NCBI GenBank assembly: GCA_002633005.1
Contig: NMRA01000129.1
Location: forward strand, 90,133 to 154,132
From: Phoronis australis
Taxonomy: Eukaryota > Animalia > Phoronida
Reading direction: 5' to 3'
DNA length: 64,000 bases
Shown: piece after piece, positions 38,501 to 50,500 of the stretch
Layout of the letters: each line of letters starts with the position of its first letter
How positions within the stretch are numbered: the first letter of the stretch is position 1
Program-made: the position numbers and the translations under genes
The notes under the pieces: model-generated
The model's database searches: none
Seen by the model: the letters and a program-made list of their open reading frames with translations, nothing else
Told to the model about the DNA's origin: nothing

Positions 38501-41500
38501 AACAATAGGTACAGTTGAATATTGTATATAACGTCTTCAATATGCCTCCATTAGGTCAACAACCAAAATCGAACTCCACGGAGAAGAACACCTCAGTCGA
38601 GCAGTAGAACTAGAAAGAGGAAACGACTACTGCGTGATAATCTGGCCCATCTGGCCAATGAGGCAGACATTGAGTCACCGCTGGGTGGCAAAAACCGTCG
38701 CACTAGTACAGATCCACTGTCTCATAGTGCTTCACACCTTCTGGATGCAACGACCGATGAGTCAAGTGTGTTTGGTAAGTTATAGTCTAAGACTGTTTGT
38801 CGTGGTCCAGTCTTAAACCTGTAGGTGCTCGCTTTCAGATTGTTTAGGTGCAGTATTGTTAATTCATTGTCCAAACTGCGAAAAACTTCCAAAATTTGGT
38901 AAGTGATTGTAGATTTGTGCACTGTGCCATCTGGTGGAGTGATGTCATTGAATGAATGTGCTCTAGTACTTGGAGCTTGTCCACACAAACAAGAGTTGGG
39001 TGGATTTTATTGATAAGATTCACTGCCAGGAACGTGGTTTGATCTGGTTTGAAATCTGGAAATTTGATTTGCTCTAATTATCACTGTAGCGACTTTTTAA
39101 TTGTTTCATCACTTGGTTCACGGGGGATAACTTTCAAACTGTGTATTTCATTACTTGAAACACTGTCCGGTGGAGATGTCATTTATCCTCTGTACTTTCA
39201 GATACTCCACCTGTGCCGGAGAAACAGCTGAGCCCAGTGAAGTTGACTGCACGTCAGCAGGTGGTCACAGAACTGCTGCAAACGGAGACTAACTATGTGG
39301 GGATACTGCACACCATACTCACAGTATGTAGACACACTACACAGAGTTAGTAAACACCAGTTGCTCTGTAATACACACTACAGCTGTTTTTTGATGGCAC
39401 TGAGAAGTGATCTCAGCTTGCGGTTACTTCTAGCCTTCATCGAATTGAAGCGTGTCTTGTCCCAGGTCCCTCCGATGTCTAGAATGAAGATATGGTTGTC
39501 GCGCCAAGACATATCATATGTGCTAGTTTGACCCATCTGTTACAGGTATTCGCATCGTGCATATGCTGTTTCAGGTGGCAGTAACTATTCTGTCCTCCAT
39601 TGGTCCCTCTTTGGCCAGATCTTACCTGGCTGGGCTCTAGTCTGCGGGATTCAATTTCACGCCACACAATAGGTATGATTGGTTTGTTACAGGTGTTCCG
39701 TGATGGTGCAGAGAGGCCGTCTCAACCCGGAGGACCTCTCCTGTCCACCACTGACGTCAAGCACATCTTTGGCCAGATTCCGCCCATCTATGAGATCCAC
39801 ACTCAGATAAAGGCAGAGCTTGAAGAGATACTACAAGACTGGAAGGAAGAGGCCAGCATTGGGGCTGTCTATCTGAAGCATGTGAGTCTAGTGTCTTTGG
39901 GTTGGCAGATCCAGCATCGTGTTAGGGTGTGTTCACTGCGCATTTATGTATGACCTACGGACAATCGACGCCTACTATGGCCAAGAACTGATGTAATGTT
40001 TGGCCTAGTAATAGTAGTATTTAAAATATGAAAGACCTCTGTCTAATTGGTTTATTGTCATCTACACAGTGAATACTGTGAACAGTGAAAGAGAAAAAGT
40101 TAGTTTTAGATGACTGCGGACTTAGTCGAAATATTGTTTCCAACTACAAGATTATCAGCAAAAAGGATGAAAAATTTTCAGTGTTGTCGCAGCTACTGAA
40201 AAAAAGCGGAAAGGAAATCAAAATAACAAGACGACAGATTTTTTGTGGAAGCTATCGCGTCTCTTCTAAAACGCCCTAGTCCCAACCTCTGATCTGTTCA
40301 TGAAATGTTTGTTTTTCTGTTAAACAGAACATAAGCAATGCTGCTCCACAAACACTCACTTGATTTGTAATTGTGTCTACTTGTTTCTCTGAGCTGGTTT
40401 TGTATGCCATGCTTCGTACGTTGCAGGGAGAGAAGCTTCAAAGAGCATATCCGCCTTTCATCAACTTCTTTGAGAACACCAAAGAGACTATTCAAACGTG
40501 CGACCGCAATAACGCGAGGTTCCATGCTTTCCTCAAGGTATTGAGATACAGTACACGACAATGGCATTCAGTCAAAATTACCCAGAATTCCCCATCATGA
40601 CGGCTGGGTGGAAGCCGAATTCATCGTAGGAGTAACCATCAATCATGTCCTAGAATGAAGGAGGAATTTAAGGGAGACTGAGGTGGCTAAGCCTTTCTGT
40701 GATTGGAATTTGGCATCATACAGGATTTTACCTGTGATTCTATGTTTAAAGGGAAAGGCAACCTTGAAAGCCCTTTAACCTTTGACTTCGGATAAGTAGT
40801 AAACAAATTTTCGCACGGTTGTGCCGTTCCAAGGTGGTTCTGATAATTTTTTTTCTCACTACGCAATATATATTGTGTATTTGAAGTTCCCCGAGAATGA
40901 AGATAAGGTATTTTGCAAGACACATGTGAAATATTGTAAAAATGGCCGTTTTGTGAATAAGGTTGGAGATAACTATAAAGGCGATGGCGACCTTTTTCAT
41001 GTCATTTTTAGCACAAATAAGGTTCGTTGATTATCCCAGACACATTTTTCACTTATTTTCTGCTTTTCGTAATTTAATTACATACTCGTCGTCTACTCCG
41101 AAAGTGACATTTTGGGAGGCAAGAATTTCACGCCAATTTCTTTTCATATAGTCTGTGAGAGCAGTCGAGTCAGTCACTGTTTTACCTTGGTTGTGATAAC
41201 TTCGGTCGTTATTTGCTTTTGCTTACGAGTCAGTCAACATGCCACGCTGTTGCTGCGTTCTGGGGTGTACTCATCGTCTCACGTACAGAGGAAGAACTGT
41301 CCCACTTGCCCAAGTGTCCCGCGACGCACTCCCACTGGAGGGTGATCTGAGCACCCAAACTGCTTACATCCCGCCGTGTGACTCCTTCGTCACACACCTG
41401 GCACCTTCCAAATAGCACCAATACAAGTCCATAATAAACTTATCAAACTTAGGCTTACCGATCTGTTCATTGGATGACGAACTGTCCTCTTCACTGGGTG

Positions 41501-44500
41501 TCGAACTGGGTCTGTATTCACTCCCACTACTCAACATCGCTGCAGGGCTGCGTACAGGCTCTGGGCTAGAGACAACAGCACAGGGCGAATCACTGCTAGT
41601 TCCCGCAATTGCACGCAATGGGGTACGTTCGGAGGCACGGGTGACAGTAAATGAAGTGCCTTCAGTCACCGTGTATAGTGGCCACAGCTCGCGAGGCTTC
41701 TCGATTCAAAAACACACTTCTTGGGGTTGGCGGCAGGGCACTGCCGGGAATCAACAGCGACGGTATGGTACCCTTCTTCAGGCGTTGTTTGGCAGGGACC
41801 TTCATCAACTCAGCGTACATATCTCTGTCATAATCTAACTGCAGAAAATGCTTGCTCGGTAACCCTTCACTACTTTGTACGTTGCGTGGACGGGTAGCGC
41901 TGCATACTTCACATGAACGAGCTAGCCAAGTACGGCGAATAGTGTCATACTTCGGAAAGCGACCCAAGGTACCCAAAGCGCGTGTGCGACGATAATGAGA
42001 ACATCCTGGCACGCAGCAACAGCGTGGCATGTTGACTGACTTGTTAACAAAAGCAAACGACGACCGAACTTATCACAACCGAGTTCGAACAATGACTGAC
42101 TCGACAGCTCTCACAGTCAGACTATAATGAAAAGAAATTGGCGCAAATCTCTTGCCTCCCAAAACGTCACTTCCGGAGTAGAGGACGAGAAATTAATCAA
42201 ATTACAAAAAGATGTAATTAAGTGAAAAATGTGTCTGGGATAATCAACGAACCTTATTTTTGCTAAAAGTGACATGAAAAAAGGTTGCTTTCGCCTTTAA
42301 GAACCATTTATTGTCATGGTTAAATCTGATCAGTCTTTGGTCAGATAGATATAAAGACAAATTGCAATACTGCAACATTATGACTTTTCTTCAAATACCA
42401 TAGTCATCTTCTGATTGATTTAACCTGTATATAATAAGATGTCAAAAAGTATAAATCGCAACGTCTGGAACTTAATATAAAATAATTTCCCCAATGTTAC
42501 GGAACTGCCTGGTTCATGCACAAATTAAGACCCCCTCTGCTAGTGTTCGCAGACAACTACAAGGCCGTGCACCATGCAAATATTTCTAAAATTTTCACCA
42601 CGATCACTGTTTACATCAAAGAAAAGAACATATTCTGTTTCAGTTCCGTTAGTGTAGAACTTTTTTCCGTCTCAAGATGACAATAGAATTTGCTCAATTG
42701 TGCAAAACAACTACTGCAGCGTTGCTGATTCATATCTAGAGCTAAGTGAGACCATTGTTAATGAATTTATGTTTGTACAGGCTTGTGAAAGGAAGCCAGA
42801 GTGTGGCCGCCAGCCATTGGTTGAACTCATCATCCGTCCTGTGCAGAGGTTACCCAGTGTTGCTCTCCTGCTGAGAGGTGCGTGAATCTTCATTATCTGC
42901 TCTCGTGCTGTTTTACTTGTGTGTCCCCATCCAAATGTTTTCACATCTTGAAAGCAGTCGTATCTCATTAGATATGCAAATAACTTTACTCGCTTCCTAA
43001 TTTCTGGTATCTTACAGTCGGTTGAGCTAGCTGCATCAATTATGTTGATTTTATGACGCTGCGTTGCGTGCCCTCAGATACGTAATAGTTTTTTTTTTGT
43101 TTTGCATACAAGCGCGGACATTAATTCAGAAAATGTCAGTGTAGGGACTGAAAGTCAAATCCAAATTGATATACTGCTAGGTGTATATCTGGAATGAACG
43201 AGTATACGCGCGTGTGTATCAATGCTATAGTCGACATGCATAATAAAATCAAGGGAGTCAATAACTGACATTCTTATTATGTATTTGTTCCCCACTGGTC
43301 GCATTTTATTGTTTAAAATTTATTTCATTTACAGTTTTGGTGTTAATTTTCTTTAAAACTAGGTTACGTTTTAGGATTCAGCACTACATATCTTTTCTTA
43401 AATTGATGCTCTAGGCATACTTGTGGAAATTCTCTTTATATCCGCCTACTGTGCATGTCTAAAGGTTGACCTATCAGCAGAAATGTGTGCCATGCACCAG
43501 TGATTATATTCACTTCACCGATTCTAATTCCAAGTATTCCAACTTCATTTTGCACCTCCCCCTAGTCTGTTGATGATGGTATAGTTTGGGCGTATGTCAA
43601 CACTGCTTTGCTCTTATTTTCAGATATTTTAAAACGCACCAACAAGGGTGTTGAGGACCACAAACTGCTGCAGCAGGCCATTAGCACTCTAGAAGAGGTG
43701 ATGACGTAAGTCTAAAATTTTCTTACGTGACTTCAAAACCAAACTTCATCATGTATATATTGGCGCAAAATTCTTGCCTCCCAAAATGTCCCTTCCGGAG
43801 TAGAGAATGAATAATTATTTTAATTACAAAAAGATGTAGTTAAGTGCAAAATATGTCTGGGATAACCAACGAACCTTATTTTTGCTAAAAATGACATGAG
43901 AAACGGTTGCCTTCGCCTTTAATTTATACCACTTTCTATTGTGAGGAGGCAGTGTGGCCTAGTGTGATAGGTGCCCACGTTCTATACTCAAGGTCGTGGG
44001 TTCGAGTCCCACTGGGCCACTGTGCTAGACTCTTGAGTCGGGTTTCTTGCTCCTCAGCTCTGTTTTAATTATATTTATCTAAACATCATTCAACAAAGAA
44101 TGGACTCACCGGAGACAGCCCAAGAGTTGTTATCTCTGCGGCGAAAGATGTTAAAGTTGAGTCCCGATGAGTTGCCAGCAGTCACTGGTACGGTGCGCGG
44201 CTTTAGACGCTCTGCGGCTGGGTTAATAAAACACAAAAATAGTTCCAGGTGACAGGGCTCGACATTTACTTTTATTCTACTTGTTCAGTCAGACAAGTAG
44301 AAATGAACAGTATGCTGCAGCTTCACCCTGGCTTTTCAATTCAGTTATCGAATGCTTTTTATAAGCTGCTGAGTGACCCGTGGACTGTTTGTGACATTTC
44401 AAAGATTCGACCCTAAACTCATCTGAGCCAAACGCAAGAGATGAACTGTTTGCGTCGGCGTATTTTTCGCACGGGACACAACACATTTTCTAGTCGATAT

Positions 44501-47500
44501 CATACGGTAACCAGTCAAAATCTTCCTTCCATTTCGGAATGAATTCTGGTTTTCATTTATTTGTTTCATACTGTTGCTTGATGGCTTTACGCCCTTTGGT
44601 TTGGTTACCAGTTGCATGATTAGAGTTCGTTGTCATGAAACCACACACAAACAAAGTATTTTTTTGGCATTGCAATTGCAGACACCGGCGCAGACGGCAG
44701 TTTCCTCGCATGCCGTAAGACAGTCAAATGTCGTAAAGTTTTATTAATATGCACTAGCGAGTTATTGCTACTATTATTGAGTCTTATACGTAAATAATTT
44801 AACGATAAAGTGTCAAATGTGTTGACCTGCGAATGATTGCAATTTGATTTTATAAATTGAGCGAACTGGTTTGAGGCACCCTCCGTATGAGACGAAGCAT
44901 TCGGAACCTGGCCTGCGTTCAAAATGCTCAGACCTAGGCTAAGGACCTAGCTAAAATCAAAACTTTGCGAGATTACGTGAGATACTGCCGTGTATTTTAA
45001 ATGAGAACACGTGACTTTGGCTAAAATTATTCGAATGCAAGTGCCTTGGATCGTGTCCAGTCAGCTCTTGCATAATCTAAACACCTTACCGCATATTACC
45101 AACACTGATGGCTAAATAAGTGAGTTATCACTGCAACAAATATTTTCTGATCGTTCAGAATTATTATAGTTTGCAAAAATTCAGGAACTTGGTTGTCCCG
45201 GGCATTCGGACTATCGTTAATGTCGAGCCCTGGGTGATTTGTGCAATGGGCCCACATGAGCAGCCTGCGCATGTCTGGGATTATTTATTTTTTTGGGAAT
45301 TTGGGGTCAAGTCATTGTCATATTGGTAGTGGTTTGGAAAGAACTGACAGTTCGTTATTGCTTGAGACCAGGCTCTGCAAGTTGACTTGTCGTGGCTTGT
45401 TATTTTATTCACCCGCAAATAACGAACTGTCAAATCTTTACAAGATTTAAATCACTTGTCATCTGAACGAGGAACAAGTGGAGACCATTATGTAGCAGTA
45501 ATTAGTCTAGGTCAAAGAAAATAGTTTCTTCTACTAAAGGAAGGTTCCTTAACCCCATTAAAAGCAATTCTCAGAGTGCTGTAATAACCAGCCCTGATAG
45601 GTTGTTACCTGTCCTAGCGAGACAGAATTTTTTTGTTATTTTCAGCATGTACGTCACGCGTTCCCTGGAGATACTAATCAATAGCTCAGTGCCTGTGTAC
45701 TTACAACATCGTGCGTCTTGCATGTTATTTAAAATTTATGACCTGGCGAAATGTCAATACATTTTTTTCTGTACTATGATGAGGTGAGTGTAACCAGCTG
45801 GCGGAACATTAGTCAGTGCTGCCTTAAAAGTTTTTGAATTGATCTTTATTGTAATTGTCATCTATTCATTTTAATTCTCAGGCACATCAATGAAGACAAG
45901 CGTAAAACAGATGCTCAGGTGGTCATGTTTGACATTGTTAACGATATCGACAACTGTCCAGTAAGTTGAGGCTGTGTTTCTTATTCAAACTGGTCTGTGC
46001 ACGCCAATAGGGGTCGGGACAGAATTTGCAGCAATTTCCCGTCGTGGCACCTAAGCACAATCAAAGTCTTTAAGACCACGCAACATTTACGATAAGAGTA
46101 GCTGTGCTGATAAGTTTTAATTGGTAATCGCTCACCAGGATGGGGGATGTCATGAAGGAAAAACTAACATTTTCTGATATTTTTGGCAAGTGCTGTACTC
46201 GCACTGCAGAACGGAGGTTCCGTACTCGGTTTTGCGTACTGAATTATGAGTTACATCACATAGCCTATATGCAATAGCTGTTCCAAAGTCCACAGTCCTT
46301 GTTTTGAAACTTCTTCACTCAGGGAAAATGCCCGTTGTTGTATCTGTATGGATACATTATGGAAATTCTGTTACGTATGTAAAAGTAATAGTACCAATAA
46401 AAATGTGATAATTATGATAACAGAAACGATATTGATTAACAAGAATGGTTTGGTTTTCCCTTGCAGCCACATTTGCTGTCTTCCCATAGAACATTTATTA
46501 ACAAAGTGGATGCCATAGAAATCTCCGATGAACTCAGTGGGAAAGGAAATCACGTGACCCTGTTCCTATTCTCTGACACGCTTGAGGTAAGAACACTGTC
46601 TACACTGGTTTGACAATGTCTTGTGTCTGCCAGAAAATCAATAAGACATTATGATGTCTTCTTCGTAAAATTTGTATGTAAGGTCTTGACATTACATTTG
46701 ATTGTGGCCTTATATCCGAATATATAGCCATATCCCTGTTTTCAGAAGCGTTTCTCACGAAACTCATTATTTTGACTTTAAAAGCGTGTTTGCCATTTTG
46801 AACTTATTAGCACATGCTGTTTCGGGTTCTATCGTTTATTGTATGTCATCATGACAAGGTTTTTAGCCAGTCACTATTTTATTAACCTTCGCAATATTGA
46901 CTGTGGTCTTGGCTGATTGGCTGAAAACACAACAACAACTGGCCACGTATCTGAAGCTACGGCATGGCTTTATCTCTGCATTCGCAAACATTCCCAGAAA
47001 ATGCCTCGTTTCAAGTATGATGTCTTTATAATCGAAGCAAGGCATCTTCACGCATGCGACCAGTTTAGATTTTCAGATGTGGAGAACACTGTCAAAAAGA
47101 TATAGCCTTATATTTACTGCTTGTTACTGTTCGTTCTATCCAGGCACCCGATCTGTAGCAAAAGATATTAGTAAGTGAAAGTTAATGACATCACCGTCTT
47201 TCACGCGTAATGCATGGTGATATCTTGCAAAGACTTCCTTGATCTTGTTAACTTCTTAAGAAATTAGCCGAGGAGAACTCAGTCCATACTTCAGCTGATG
47301 TGCATTGTCATTCATCGATACAAAGTACTTGCAGCTGGAAATCTAAAGTTCTGTTTTGTTACTCAACGCGATATAAGTATTCCAACGCCAGTATTCTTTT
47401 CAAATAGTTGTGTAAAAGGCGCACGAGGTATATGAATAACTTCAAAAGTCCCGNGTTTACTGACCCAAGACACCGCAGAAAGCCTTCAAGCATATTGAAC

Positions 47501-50500
47501 TCATGCCGCTGAACTGTATCAAACGCGTTGTCGATATCAACGAAACTGAAGGTAAGGAACACTTGTTATTCTGAACAGTGTTTGCTAATGGTGGTGTTTT
47601 TGTAGTATTGAACTGCAACGTTATGATTGGTGAGAAAGGTAATGAGTCCCTGAAACGTTGTAATGTTGTATTTGTTAACGTGTTGTTCTTTTGTGAAGCT
47701 GTGTTATACTTCTTTTGTGGAAGAAGGTACAAATCCGCAAGATGTTTAAAGTCACAAAGAACCTTTTCCCTGCAATTTTCAGTATCAGAATTGCCAATGT
47801 TTTATTCGAGACCACTTACCGTGGTAAAATTGTTTCGAATCAGGGTAAGAGTTGTTTTCTGCACTTCGGAAGTAGTTGGCATTCGACAGTAAATTTTGGC
47901 TGCTTTATCTCAAGATTTTGTCTCTTGCAGTCCAGTTTGTTGCAGTGTTATGTTATAGTTATCCTAAAATCCTGTTAATGTCATAAGTTGCGTTTATCAA
48001 AACAATGTTTTACAATTCAGTTCATTCGTATAGTTTTCTGAATTCACAAAAGCTAGTGCTGTGTTCCATCGCAGGGACTCCTTTTAGCTACCAAATTATA
48101 GAGTAGCACCATTTGGAGAATTATATGTGCAGGTTTTCTAAGAAACGCTGGTCTCGAATAGGTGCCTGGTCTGGAACATGTCTGAAATTAGTAGTTGTTC
48201 AATGTATTACAACATCTGTGTACATGGGAACTTTGTTGCTGATTTTACTGCAGATCCAGACTCCATGATGTCAACTGATATTTTTTCTCACAGCGAAAAC
48301 ACCAGTACTGTTACTAGTTAATGACCCGTCACACCAATTTCGTTCTCAGAACGTCTGAGTCACCTTAAGACCTTGATCAAATCATGCTAATCAGGCAACT
48401 TTGGTTCAAAACAGAGGTTCAGTGTGACACTGTTCATGAAGTTCTTTGTCGGTGTTTCCAATATTTCTTCAGTGTCCTCCCAGTTTTAGCCGCGTTAGAA
48501 CATAGTGAGAACCTTTTTAGTGTGAAAGGGTCTTAAGTCTTTCAGTAGCCATCACTAACAACTTTATCTGTTGAGTTTATTAAAGGGACATTCTCGGTCA
48601 GGAAAGTCATTTTACGGAAATTTGCTGTTGCCTATAATCAAACCCACAGGCTCTGCAGTAGCAGCCGAACGCTATACCACCGAGCCAAATTCCACACGTT
48701 AAATACCAAAGTATTTTGAGCGTATTTAATTAGCAATAACTTAGGTGTTGATGTCAGTAACTGTCTTACGACAAGAATTGGCGATGTATAATAAAGTCAC
48801 AAAAACAAAAGATTTTGTTGTTTATAGCTCTGGTCAAAGCTAATCATTTGAAGAAAAAACTCCCACTCAAGAATGATCCCAAAAGTTGTGTTTTCCCGTT
48901 TCAAAAAACGATGGTGTCCCTTTAAAAGCATTTGTTGTATTTGTATTTGCACTGTTGGTGTTGTACAATAACATGTTTGATAGTTCAATGTTTGTTGTAT
49001 AATTTGGCTGATTTTAAAACAGTTATCATTGAAAATTATCATTTACAGGCTTATAGTAATTTTTCAGTAATTTCGCACAAAATATTTCCCAAAATTGACA
49101 TTTTTACCCAATGTCGTTTATGACATCTGCATTTACACAATGAACCAAGCTAACACTATGCTAGAATTTTATTAATATTTTTTTTAATTCTCAATTATGC
49201 TCATTTTGTTGGAAAATTTCACAGAACAGAATTGTACTTGTCCACTGTATTGTGTGTTAAATACATGGTGAATTACCATAATCTCCAAGTCCTATAGTTT
49301 TCCTTTTTACTTCAAATCAGAGTATTTGGGCAGCGAATTCTCTTAAAGACATGTTCTGTCGAAAAGAGAGTTCCATTTACAATTATCAGCTTTTGTTAAA
49401 CTAAAACGAACATTGAAGTTGATGAGACTTTTAACGGTAATTATCGTTTATAAACATAATTTGGCTAAATCACTCAAGACTGGTGCATGATGGGTAGTAA
49501 CCGTTTATGATTGATCATTTGATTTCAAAATTTATTTACCTTACTCTCATCATTAGACCTAATTTCCTGCAGTTTTAGCCATTGTTATTCATAATGTTTT
49601 AGTGTGCTCATAAAATAACTTACAGAACAAGCCGTACTCGCGGTATGCTAAAGTGGAGATTGTGAATTATTGATTCTACAAAACTTCACATCCATTGACA
49701 ACCGGAACTACTTAGAATGTCAAACAAATGCCAATTGTCCACATTATTAAATCCATGGTAATTAAACCTCTGGCTTTTGCTCACCGCTTATGGTCTGCGA
49801 ACACCTAATGAGCTCTGAAACATCTTGAACATTTCAAAAGTGTCCTGTTACTAACACTAAAATTTTGGTTTTGTTACTTTGCGATTTTTTTATGGAAATA
49901 GACAACCCGCATCATGCAATGTTATTCCCCAATACCACGTCGCAATACTTATTAGTCAAGGTTGAGTGATTTACGGCGGGTCATTTTTTATGTAAAACTC
50001 ATTCTTAAACAATTTGGCAATTTTTAATCTACTTCATATTCCCATATGTTGTGTTTCTTTTTTTTTCTCTAACTGATTTGGCCAAGCAGTCGTAGAGATA
50101 AGGAATTAGCATGCAAGTTCCACTTTAAAAGAAATTGCGATAATAGGTCATTCTTCAGCCTCTGTTATGTGCAGTTTTAAATAACTTAAAACTGTGTACA
50201 TGTGGTGATCTTTACGCACTTCCAATGTCTCGAGCTCAACAGTCTATTCGATTTCCACTTTCCAGAGTTCAGAAATATGTTTTCGTTGATCTGTCGCTCA
50301 TCGACCGAATACAAGGAAAGATTATACAACTTCATGCTAGCGAACGATGAAGACATGAGTAAAACAGAATTCTTGACATGTCTCTGTAAGCATGTCGCCA
50401 ATAATGTGTGCAGGGCGGACTATGTGAGTTGCATTCTTTCAGTCAGGCTTTTTGCCTCCTCTCTCTGTTGTCTATCCTTGTGTTCACTCAGTGTTGTTTT

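Noticed and set aside
43948-44020. Possible tRNA genes (also about 27185-27258, 29967-30038 and 48635-48690)
   Set aside because: A/B boxes are present, but acceptor and anticodon stems do not pair properly and the flanks are shared repeats, so these are repeat-derived.
47408-47551. Apparent frameshift/stop in an ECT2 PH-domain exon (pseudogene or recoding?)
   Set aside because: The break coincides with the N at 47454. Both flanks translate as good ECT2 and all other exons are intact, so this is most likely an assembly error.
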